From: Eledone cirrhosa | Taxonomy: Eukaryota | Assembly (NCBI GenBank): GCA_964016885.1 | Contig: OZ024740.1 | Coordinates: forward strand, 233,120,001 to 233,184,000 | DNA: 64,000 nucleotides | Direction of reading: 5' to 3' | Shown here: piece after piece, positions 53,058 through 64,000 of the stretch | Numbering within the stretch: the stretch's first letter is position 1 | Layout of the letters: each line of letters starts with the position of its first letter | Program-made: the position numbers and the translations under genes | The notes under the pieces: generated by a model | Told to the model about the DNA's origin: nothing | Databases searched by the model: none | Seen by the model: the letters and a program-made list of their open reading frames with translations, nothing else

Positions 53058-53662
53058 AAAAGGGACATTTGATTTGTTGGTAATTCAACAAATATGAATG
53101 TTTATAAATGTTTATAACTGATTCAAAGCACTCGACAGATTTTCTGGAGTATAATATTCAATGATATTAAATAAATGGAAACCCTGTTTATAAAACCATA
53201 TTTATTCTATTATATATATTTCAAGGGTACCAAAAACTTTGGTACGCTATCATCAGATAAAATACGGTTCAAGTTTTTCCTGGATAGTAAAGGAAAGAAT
53301 GGTAATGACGAAGAGAATATGATCCCTAGTACAAATTTCTGAAATGGGATTTCTCCGAAGGAACTTTGGAATAAAATTACTTGATAGAGGGCGTAGATCG
53401 GTGATCAAAGAGTCACTCTAGGTATGCTGTTACTTCTCGGAATTGAGAGATCACAGAAGAAAAGTCAAATATTTCAAATTATTAATATGAGTATGCAAAT
53501 GAGGTTAAGGTATAGGGCTGGAAAAAAAACGTTATTTTTAGACGCGAGGTAGGTTTAAATAGTTATTAGGATATATGTATGTTTAGGAAGAAGAAAGAGA
53601 AAGAAAGAAGAGCTTGTATTTTTTCCATTTATTTAATATCATTGAATATTATACTCCACAAA
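53058..53662. mobile_element. H1 element with hammerhead (53203-53264, minus), embedded RTE fragment and short inverted end
   Basis: Homology to 4655-4847; minus strand tattttat-CTGATGA-tagcgtacca...tggtaccct-t-GAAA-tatata-TA-atagaata; 53625-53658 is the reverse complement of 53145-53178. Confidence 0.7.
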
Positions 53663-54659
53663 TATATATAGATAGATAAATAATATATTAACAATTTCCC
53701 CATTTGCATATATACTGCATCTCGCCAAGCCAGTTGAGTATGCTTCGCTTATGGAATCTAATGAAATGGAAATATATACGTTATTTTCACTAGTTAGCTT
53801 CAAAGAAGCTTTCCTTATTGCATTGCTTTTTTATATCTAGAGCAGTCGAATCTTCTGCCGTTCTTGATCCCGAATAACTTGCCTACTCACTACTATCGGG
53901 GCGGAGTTGGTCAACTGCAAGAGCGAGCCCCGCGAGTTGGAATGGCTACTCCATCGTATCTCTGTCGCCACCCTCCATGGCATCCTTTTCTCCATTCTGT
54001 CCTCCGTCAACACGAGGCGCCCTACGTATGGACTCCTACGCCCCAGTGAAGGTTTACCGTCACCACTCGGGATCGCCTCATCAGGGTAACAATGCTATAA
54101 CAGTATTAAATATTTTAAATCTCATATTTTCTCTCATCATCTTTTAGATTCTGTAATGACCAAGTAAAAAATCCGAGTTATCCCCCTTGTTTATTTGTTT
54201 TTTTTTCATCGTGGATAGAGAGTGTTTTTTAATCAACGTTTAATACCTACATTTCATATGCGAGATTTTCGTATAGATATGTAATCGTGATGGGGAAGAA
54301 CAAATGCCTTATCGTGTTTAGTTCCGTCATTATATATGCAAGTTTACTTTAACAGTATACTTCACAATATAAAAGATTAATAAATAAATAAAAGATTAAA
54401 TACAGATCACTCGGATCATTAAAATCTACTAATATCTTTGAAATCATTGATCGAGCATGATTGAAATCAATAAATTAATAAGATTATGAAAGAATAATTT
54501 ACATAGGTTAGAGTTTAATTATAAACGCAGTTTTTTTTTTAAAGGCAATTGTGTGAGTGGGCCCTTGTTTAGAGTTTCCACATTAAAATTATACATAATT
54601 TATGTTAGGATCGTCTAAGGATTTTTGTACATCGAAATGATTACGTGTCTGTCTATATT

Positions 54660-54900
54660 TAGGTAATGGACAGGGTGTTTGGCTTACGATCGTATGGCAG
54701 TGAGTTCGATTCCTGGTGGTGGGTTGTGTCCTTAAGTATGACTTTATTTTATGTCACTCAAGTCAATTCAGCAAGTAATATATGGTTGTACTTGCAAAAC
54801 AAATTTCAAGCCTTGTCACTCACTGCGTCACGCTGAATCTCTTCAAATTTACGTTAAACGGGTTGCAGCCATTTGCAGGGTAATTTCACAAGCAAGACGT
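54660..54900 (+). mobile_element. Old tRNA-derived SINE of a different family; related minus-strand copy ~45830-46000
   Basis: A-box-like gtaatgg, B-box gagttcgattcc, followed by ttgtgtcctt. Confidence 0.5.
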
Positions 54901-55664
54901 TTTTCAAACCACTAGTGCGCAGTGCACTCTACATGCGAGTGGAGTTCCACTAAAGCAGGTGGAGAAGTCCTAGTATATTGGGGCCTTGTTCATGAGTAAT
55001 GGAAGACAGGAGACTGAATTGAATGCAAGAATAGTAGGCGATGATGTAGTAAGGCACCAGCTTCAACACTAGTTCGTTTGAGGAAGGGAGGTATGTGTAA
55101 AATCCAAACTCGCTATCTTCAATTCAGTGTTCGTGCCAACCCTTAACTATGGTCATGAATCTTGGGTAATGACGAAGAGAATATGATCCCTAGTACAAAT
55201 GGCTGAAATGGGATTTCTCCGAAGGAACTTTGGAATAAAGTTACTTAATAGGATGCGTAGATCGGTGGTCAAATAGTCGCTCTAGGTATGCCGTTACTTC
55301 TCGGAATTGAGAGATCACACTTCTGATATTACTGGCATATGGGTAGAATGTTTCAGGAAAGAATCACTGGACAGATTTTACGGGCAAACCTACCCAGCAC
55401 GAGACCCAGAGTTAGACCCCGAGCAAGATCGTTAGAGAACATCTATGGACTTGGCTGATCTCGCTTTGGGTTCCAGCCGGATCAGTTGGAGTCGGTTACT
55501 TCTGACAGGTCCCACTGGAAAGAGTTTTTGAGGACTCTGTCCCGACGAGTCTTGAGCGAAGAAGAAGAAGAAGAAGAAGAAGAAGAAGAAGAAGAAGAAG
55601 AAGAAGAAGAAGAAGAAGAAGAAGAAGAAGAAGAAGAAGAAGAAGAAGAAGAAGAAGAAGAAGA
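54900..55664 (+). mobile_element. 5'-truncated RTE (Expander/Rex3-like) LINE with (GAA)n tail
   Basis: QVEKS*YIG, KSKLAIFNSVFVPTLNYGHESWVMT, AEMGFLRR; tail 55559-55664. Confidence 0.85.
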
Positions 55665-55779
55665 AACGAAAACGAGTGAAGGAGACATCTACTATATTCA
55701 CTATAATTGCAGCAAGTTGATAAATAAATATCTCCAAAACATGAAAACATGTGTGATATAAAACGAGGGAAGGGAAGAA

Positions 55780-56860
55780 GACAAACTTGCAAGAACAATT
55801 GACGACTCAATTGCTGGTAAATTTGAACCCTTTCCAGGCGAAGAGAAAAGAAATTACTTCATTTGTGTCCACCTGTAATGAAATGGGTCAGGAAAACCTA
55901 CAAAACGCCCCCATGAAGGCACATCCACTGCTGAATGTGCAACAATGGCTACAGTCAGAAGTGACACCCTCAAATCTACAGTTTCAGATGTACAGCACCA
56001 CCCGAAAATTCAGCGCTATACTTTCGACCATCTGGAAGATGAAAGAATCAACCAAACTCTGGTTGATTTTGAGAATAGAAACAATAACACACCCAGAGAA
56101 GCTTGGAGACTAATAAAATAACCTTCTGGTATGCAGAGAAGTAATGTGATAAATTTACAAGTGAAAGACAGTCTTGAGACTTGGAGGTACACTTCCACTA
56201 ACTCCTATCTGCTGACAATCATTGTGACCTAGACGTAGCGATTGACCTAGTATTTCAATCAAGTCAATCAAGAGATAAACATCGCTGAATTCTTCATCGA
56301 AGTGGTCTATTCAATAAAGGCAATGAAACAAGTCAAAGCTCCTGGGCTTGATGGCTTAACTTTAGACTAATAGAAACTACCCAAAGCTCACAAATTTCTA
56401 AGAGATTTCTGTATCGAAACCATTGAAGGACACAGGCCGGGGGAAAGGGGAATATCAGGAATAGTGCCCAAACCCAAGAAAGATGACCTTACAATGTGCA
56501 CCAACCATAGAGGCATCAGTCTTACGGAAATTGCAGCAAAGACTTACGACAACATTCTACGCTCCAGCCGAAATGGATTGCGGCCATTTCGCTCTATAAC
56601 TTCACTCATCCTGGTTCTAACAAGAATTGTTGAGCGGTTCGGCATCGCAAGAAGGAGTCAGCAATTGTATTCATAGACTTCAAGAACGCTTTTTTTGGTT
56701 TTCGATAGACTGAAAGAACATGCTCAATATTCAGATCGTGAATGCAATTAAAGTCAAAGTCATCTATAAAAGTAACGTAATGACACCCGAAGCAAACTCA
56801 AACCTATTCGCCATTGATATACCTTGATCATGCACTGCGTAATGTAACTGTACCATCAGA
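55780..56860 (+). pseudogene. Decayed RTE/RTEX-like RT fragment
   Basis: KAPGLDGLT, VPKPKKDDLTMCTNHRGISLTEIAAKTY, NGLRPFRS, AIVFIDFKNAF. Confidence 0.8.
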
Positions 56861-56879
56861 CGGTGACATGAAGTTACCG

Positions 56880-57140
56880 GTGCCGTGACGAAGTTCCACT
56901 TCCAGCTCACCCTGTCCAACATTGTCCTCTGAATTTCCTCGGCTTACAACCCAATGCCATCTTTAAGAACATCCTTCACTGTAATGGCTGGCCTCCTAAC
57001 TCGTCTGCACACATCAGGTTTTCTGAAAAGACCTCTGCGAGCAGGTTCATTGCGACGTTTCACATGTCCAGTTAATGAGAGCCTCCTACGCCATATGATG
57101 TCAGTAAAGGGAGCATTTGTTTTCTGTTTACCGAGACAAA
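56880..57140 (-). pseudogene. C-terminal end of an RTE-like ORF in opposite orientation
   Basis: Minus strand: DIIWRRRLSLTGHVKRRNEPA...RRPAITVKDVL...MLDRVSW. Confidence 0.7.
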
Positions 57141-57690
57141 ACTATCTAATAGCTATTTATATGTTACTCAAATTCAGATAATGAAAGTGATGAACCTAAT
57201 TTGCATATCTGTAAAAGCGTTGTCAAGAATTAATTTATTATTTTATAGAAGTTCTATTCAGTGATAAAATAATTTGAGGTATGCTCTAAGCTTCCGATTG
57301 TGCTTCTAGTAAACTCATTTTTAACTTCACCATGAAAAGTAGATTCATTGTTTGCCCCCCCCCCCCGGCTTTCTTACTCTCTCTACCTCTCTGTCTATCC
57401 CACCATCTCTCTGACTGGGATTGTTATCAACTTCTCAGATATTTTTGTTATTTATTTTCTAGACACATAGAGGAACGAAATATATGTTAAAAATTCTCCG
57501 GGTTTATCTAATGTGCAAACCCTTTTCTAAACCAATAGGATGTGTTTTTATGGAGGCTTGGTTGCTATTATTAACAGGTCAAGTAATAAATCAGAGGCTC
57601 CCTGATTAATACGTATATATATGTATTTGTCGAGTTTATTATTAAAATAAGTATTTGTTACAAGTACTAATTGGATCTTATTCATTTCAG

Positions 57691-57774
57691 GCGAAGAATA
57701 ATCCTAACATCAGTGACCTGATTCAATATCGAGCTGTTGGTATTCTAATACAACATTATCTAAACTATAATAAA
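57691..57774 (+). CDS. Candidate symmetric 84-nt coding exon (AKNNPNISDLIQYRAVGILIQHYLNYNK), host gene unknown
   Basis: tactaa branch-like site, ttcatttcag acceptor, stop-free phase-0 frame, gtaagg donor; unique sequence within the window. Confidence 0.35.
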
Positions 57775-57850
57775 GTAAGGAGCGCGAGACTGCGTACGGT
57801 TTATAATTTGTTATCCCGTTTGTAAAATAAGTTGGATTACTTTGAATAAA

Positions 57851-58170
57851 TAATTGTTTCTACTTTTGGCACAAGGCCAGCAATTACACAGTGCATTACT
57901 GGTACTTTATTTTATCGACCCCGTAAGGATGAAGGACAAAGTTAACCTCGGCGGGATTTGAACTCAGATCTTTGAATAAATAAATTGTTTCTACTTTTGG
58001 CACAAGGCCAGAAATTATCCCAGTGTATTACTGGTACTTTATTTTATCGACCCCGTAAGGATGAAAGGCAAAGTAAACCTCGGCGCGATTTGAACTCAGT
58101 CCGTAAAGGGACGTAACTCTGCTGAAAAGCATGCCGTCCGACCCTCTACCGATATTGCCAATTCACCGCC
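57851..58170 (-). mobile_element. Tandem SINE S1 pair (truncated 57851-57969; full 57984-58170) bounded by three copies of a 14-bp target
   Basis: ctttgaataaataa at 57840, 57970 and 58171. Confidence 0.9.
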
Positions 58171-58519
58171 CTTTGAATAAATAATGAATGAATATTACAT
58201 AATTTCTCTACTAAATTTCGTGGCTGTTGATAAAATATATTTTGTTTATTTAAAGATTCACTTCTTTAAAATTTCTGAAATGTCAACATTTCCGGTGGCC
58301 CTCGCTTAAATAAGCATACTAATTTTCTGTCACTAATTTTCTCCTAATGCAGTTTATATATAATATCGTCCTTTTTAATGTATCATGGATTACGTTACTG
58401 ATTAAATAAGACAATGTAACGCAGTCTTCGTTCAATTTCTATGTATTATATATTGTCAATTACGATTTTATTTGATGTATATATACCTTCGTATAATATC
58501 AATATACAGACTACACATG

Positions 58520-58557
58520 CTAGCAGAAAACCACCCGAAGGGTGGTTTTTCTGCTAG
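58520..58557. other. Near-perfect 38-bp hairpin ending in CTAG(T), Helitron/Helentron-terminus-like
   Basis: ctagcagaaaaccaccc-gaa-gggtggtttttctgctag. Confidence 0.55.
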
Positions 58558-58796
58558 TATAATATAAGTTTACAATCAAAACAAATGAAGCTTACAAAGT
58601 ACGTGGTACGTTGAGCAGTTGCTTCAAACCTAATTTCGAGTCGACCAAATACTTGCTATCAACTTTTGTTGGTTGGGATGTGTGATGAAAGTTGCCCGAT
58701 GTGTATATATATATATATTTCGTTTCTGAATTTGTTTAGCAAGAGTCTTTATCTGAAAACGTGTGTTGAAACCGATATTGTTATACTTATACAAAA

Positions 58797-59457
<661 letters not shown>

Positions 59458-59719
59458 ATATTGTGTGTTGTGTGTTGTGTGCTTAGTTTGCGCATGCGTT
59501 ACATCTGGGTGTGTGTGTGTGTTTTTTTTTATTTATTTATGTGTTTACTTACTTGTTACTATTTATTTGTTCTATCTGTGTATTTATAAATATGCCTATC
59601 GGAAATCCAACCAGAATTATATGTATATTCAGATATAATATATAAACGAAAGAGAAAAATAGTTGTTAGTTGATGGTGTAGAGTATATTTTGTATATTTC
59701 AACTAATGTCTTTTTCTCG

Positions 59720-60700
59720 CCAAACCAGTTTCAATGGCTGCATTGAATTTGTCGATTCGTTGATTTAGTTGATAAAGCTGCAAGAGTAGAACGTTCTGAA
59801 CTATTTTTGGTATCTTGGTGGCAATTTATCAAGAATTCTGGCGGATGATTTGGGACCCTAGGATTTATTGCTCTTAAATTGATATATGATTGAGTCAACC
59901 TCATTTTATGAAAATAGAGCAGACAAAATCCATCCACACCTGGAGTTTTTGGTTACTTGTTTCACAAAGCGGATATACTTCTTGTTTGCATTATTGAAAC
60001 GGATGTCTGAAAGGTGTTGTTTAGCAATAGAATTAACTGATACAGGACACATTGTATATTTAGGACTGCTGCCAGTGAGGCACTTGAATGTTTCCAGGCA
60101 ATCCTGCTGGAGTGGGTAAAATTTATCTCTTGAACAGTTTCTTCTCAACGCCTTCGATGTTTGCAGTCGAACAGTTCTGGTGAATTTGTGAATGCATTTT
60201 CTTCGTCTTCACGGTCGAGGAACTCATCATTGAGGATGTCCCATTCCTCGTCACAGGTGAGGATTTACCGAGGACGAACACCTCCTCGAATAGAGATCAT
60301 TGCTGCCTTGGTGAAAAGAATAGAGAAATCTGAATAGGCGTGATCAAGGTTAGATGGGTATGGTGTAGAAAGATTTTCACTTCAGTATCTGCCAAAGTTT
60401 CCAGTTCATTTTGCAGAAATACTATCGTTTAACAAGTTTAGTTGGAATTGGTTCAATCCGATTACCTGAAAGGATCAATGAAGGTCTGCGTTGTGATTTT
60501 GGAAAGGGGTCCAGGATTATGCGATGTGAGTATGGGCCTTTCAGATTGGTGATAGCGACATCTGGCATTGAGGTTGAAGTGATATCTCATTGCAGTCTCC
60601 AGAAGAGTAAATACCCGATGACGTAAAAGGAGTGGCGCAATGGTAATGCTGATTCCAACAGGACCAATTCATTGATAATAAAAATGGTAATTTAGAAATA
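59720..60700 (-). pseudogene. Decayed CR1/L2-like LINE (APE endonuclease end and linker)
   Basis: GDCN (GDFN-like) and KKYIRFVKQVTKNSRCGWI (linker-like); many disruptions. Confidence 0.4.
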
Positions 60701-61654
60701 CCGGATGCAAGGAACACGAGAATATAGAAGTAACAATCCAGCGACGATAACAAGACCCCAACAAAATTAATATAGGCTTCACGAGAAAACTAATTTTGTA
60801 AAATTGGATATAATGATAAAACGTCCGATAGAAATAAATCAGCCACTGAATTGGCAAATAAAACGGTAGTGTAATATTAGTGTAATGTTTAGCACCTGTC
60901 CCTTAGCAAAACCTAGAATGCCTTTCAAAAGAACTCAGGCTAAAGCAAAACTGTAAATCGATCGTTGATTAGTGCAAAAAGCGGTGTGAATAAAAGCAGT
61001 ACATGATAAAACCTTATATCGGTTGGGAGAATATATTCATACATTGTCTGCTGTGGAGTTCCATGCTCCCGGGACCACATCATCAACATGTCCTAATTTT
61101 GAGAGTATATTTGAAAAAAAATTTTATTTTTAACTTTAGACAAAAATATATTAATCCCAATAAGAATTTAAAGAGATATATTTTTCATTAATTCATATTT
61201 ACGATAATGTTTCAATAAAAATATTTGATTCCAAAGAATATCTAAAAAATTATTTTTTCACTTCATTTTTGTCACACGCACGACACTGCATTAAAGCACT
61301 CTCACTATACTCTCTCTTGCTTAAAGTAATCTCTTAACAATATTTCCTTATATTCTCTCTCTTTATGTAAATCAATCTCTTCGTTTTTTCCCTCTTTCAT
61401 TTACTCTCTTAATATGTTTCTTCCTTTCACTGTCCCCATATATTTTTAAACCTTCAATTTTATGATACTCTTGTCACATATGTCCCTCACACCATACATT
61501 ATCTCAATTTTATTCTTTTATTTCTCTATCTCATCGCCTCTCTTTTTCTCTCGCTCTCTCACTTTCTCTGTTTCTCACTCCCTCTCCCTCTTTATCGCTT
61601 TTTGTCACTCTCTCCGCCTTTGTCACTCTCTTCCCTTAGATGCTTCCAAATACG

Positions 61655-61674
61655 CACACACACGCACACACACA

Positions 61675-61755
<81 letters not shown>
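61655..61755. repeat. (CA)n microsatellite
   Basis: Direct reading. Confidence 0.95.
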
Positions 61756-61757
<2 letters not shown>

Positions 61758-62507
61758 GCACCCACACAAAAACAAACAAATACATACACACAAACAAATG
61801 CACATTGCGAACGAACAATCTGTCTTATTTTTCAATCTTACTTTAACACTCTCTATACTCTGACGTCTCTCAATTTATCATATTCATTAGCATCCAACCC
61901 TTATTTCTCTTTCAAACACAATATTTCACTTTACCTCTAACTTCTACGGTGTGTACTCTATAATTTAATCTTATCTCCCATAACCACTCTCATCTTTATT
62001 GTCTCTGCTTTAGAATTGTCTCCCTTGTATGTTAATGCCACACTCATCTCCATCATTTCAACCAGCCCTAACCCCTTTACATTTCCTCTTCTACCTTATC
62101 CAATCCCCAGTCAAGCACATGTCAATTAAAAGAATTTCAGTGCCATATGTTTCATGTATGTAACACAATCCAATCTTCTTGGCGATAGCAACAACAGCCG
62201 CCTGGAACTCCGCCTGTTAAGAGAGACGACCATTAAAAAATACATATTAATGGTTGGTAGCAATCCCTATCCCGGCCTATTAGTTACACACTAATTAGTG
62301 TAATTATAACCCACAAAATAATTAGCTACTCACTTGTCTTCCTAGAATTACAGTTTTGCAAACATTCGATTGGACCCCATTTATATTATATCTTTCGTTG
62401 TTATTGTTTTTAGCCATAGGCATATCCTGGTAGAATATGAATGCATGCATGCATGCATGCATATATGTATGTATGTATGAATGTATGTATGTATGTATGT
62501 TATGTAT

Positions 62508-63140
62508 CGGGTCACTCTTGAGTGGTACTGGTAACATGTAACGCAGTACAACCTGTCGCATGGTCGGGTCGTCGGCGACTAAACCGGCAACCCCACCAAG
62601 TTTACTTGGTGAGGAAGGTGATTTTGGACACCCTGCAGGACAAAAATCAAAACCTGACAAAGGGCGGAAGAACTCATAAGGGTCAAGGGCCATCCCAAAG
62701 TGTGTAACTATGAATATACACATGTACATGTGTATGTATATGTATATGTGTATATACATGGGTGCATGTGTATGTATATGTATATGTGTATATACATGGG
62801 TGCATGTGTATGTATATGTATATGTGTATATACATGGGTGCATGTGTATGTATATGTATATATACATGCGCGGGGACATAGAAATAGTCGGGCTAGACAC
62901 CCGATCGCTCGGTTAAACCACTGGGAGTGAAGGACCCCTAGCCTTTGTCAGGGCATTCTTCTAGTTGAAGGCAACTCAGGAGACTGGGATAAATCCGATA
63001 TAAAACCTGCAGCTCAGTAGTTACCGATGATGTTGATCTTTTCGGGTTATACTACTGTCACTCAGAGAGTGGGATTGGCTCAGTGCACAGTCTTTCCTCA
63101 CTTTAAAAAATATCTTCACGCACAGGCATTGCACGATAGA
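62508..63140 (+). mobile_element. GC-richer insert resembling an RTE 5' UTR, with an internal short minisatellite
   Basis: gggcattcttctagttgaaggcaactc resembles the RTE 5' UTR motif as I recall it; tatatacatgggtgcatgtgtatg repeats at ~62750-62870. Confidence 0.35.
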
Positions 63141-63204
63141 ATTAATTAATAATAATTAATAATGGTATATCGTGCAATAGCCATACTCAATAACGAGGGG
63201 GCAT

Positions 63205-63217
63205 CATGTATGCATGC

Positions 63218-63250
<33 letters not shown>

Positions 63251-63420
63251 TGTATGTATGTATGTATGTATGTATGTATGTATGCATGTATGTATGTATG
63301 CAGGCATTATGTATGTATGCATACAATTATGCATGTATGTATGTATGTATGTATGTATGTATGTATGTATGTATGCAGGCATTATGTATGTATGCATACA
63401 ATTATGATTGTATGTATGTC
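63205..63420. repeat. (TATG)n microsatellite with internal duplication
   Basis: Direct reading. Confidence 0.93.
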
Positions 63421-64000
63421 TACATATATGTATGATTGTAAGTTCGTATAGATGTATGCATGCATGTATACATATGCATGAATGTATTATGTATCCAAGT
63501 ATTGCGTACATATGTACGTATTTGCATGTATGTATGATTGTATGTGTGGTAAGCAGCAGTAATTCCGTCTGCTAGCAGTGCTACTGCGTGGCAATTGAGA
63601 GTGTCAGCAACTAATCAGAACTAAATTATTTGCTGGCGCTAAAATAACAACTACTATCAGAATGTAAGGAATTAATACTGCATGATACAATATACTGATG
63701 CGATCGATGTTGTGTCCACATTTCTGCAACTCTGTATCTATAACAATAGCACGAATGGGGAAACCATTTCAGATATTGAAATATTTGAATAATTACAGTA
63801 AAATGTTTAGGTCAGGGCAGTCACTGTAAAGATAAATGCTTTTCTGAAATTCGACTGTAACTAACACTTGTTACAATAATACTTAATGGTCATGAAACTT
63901 ATAGATATTTGCGTTATTCGACAAAATTCTTTATTGTTAAATCATTAGTCTGGAAAGAAAATCGATGCTAGAGTTGGGTTCATTGTTTCCATGGGTGACC

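Noticed and set aside
58520-58557. Bacterial rho-independent terminator or contamination
   Set aside because: No upstream gene; it is embedded among animal SINEs and microsatellites.

Overview
AT-rich, microsatellite-dense animal DNA with no confidently identifiable host gene; there is one candidate 84-nt exon. The dominant tRNA-derived SINE resembles octopus/cephalopod SINEs (inference from memory, not a search). The window is mostly mobile DNA: (1) two near-identical, ORF-intact R4/Dong-type non-LTR retrotransposons (RT + CCHC + restriction-like endonuclease) in tandem in (AAT)n tracts; (2) a frameshifted full-length Penelope-like element (PLE) with pseudo-LTRs in a (TA)n tract; (3) three 5'-truncated Naiad-like PLE insertions with inverted arms of up to 1.2-1.4 kb; (4) decayed RTE and CR1-like LINEs, more than 20 SINE copies, piggyBac/mariner/hAT MITEs and a 37-bp minisatellite. 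The most interesting layer is invisible in the ORF track. At least four sequence families of minimal type-I hammerhead ribozyme motifs (one with a recurring non-canonical CCGAUGA core) sit in small non-coding, retrozyme-like elements and PLE termini. These are arranged as tandem repeats or foldbacks next to (TA)n tracts. All ribozyme calls are by-eye structure matches, not assays, and coordinates of decayed elements are approximate.
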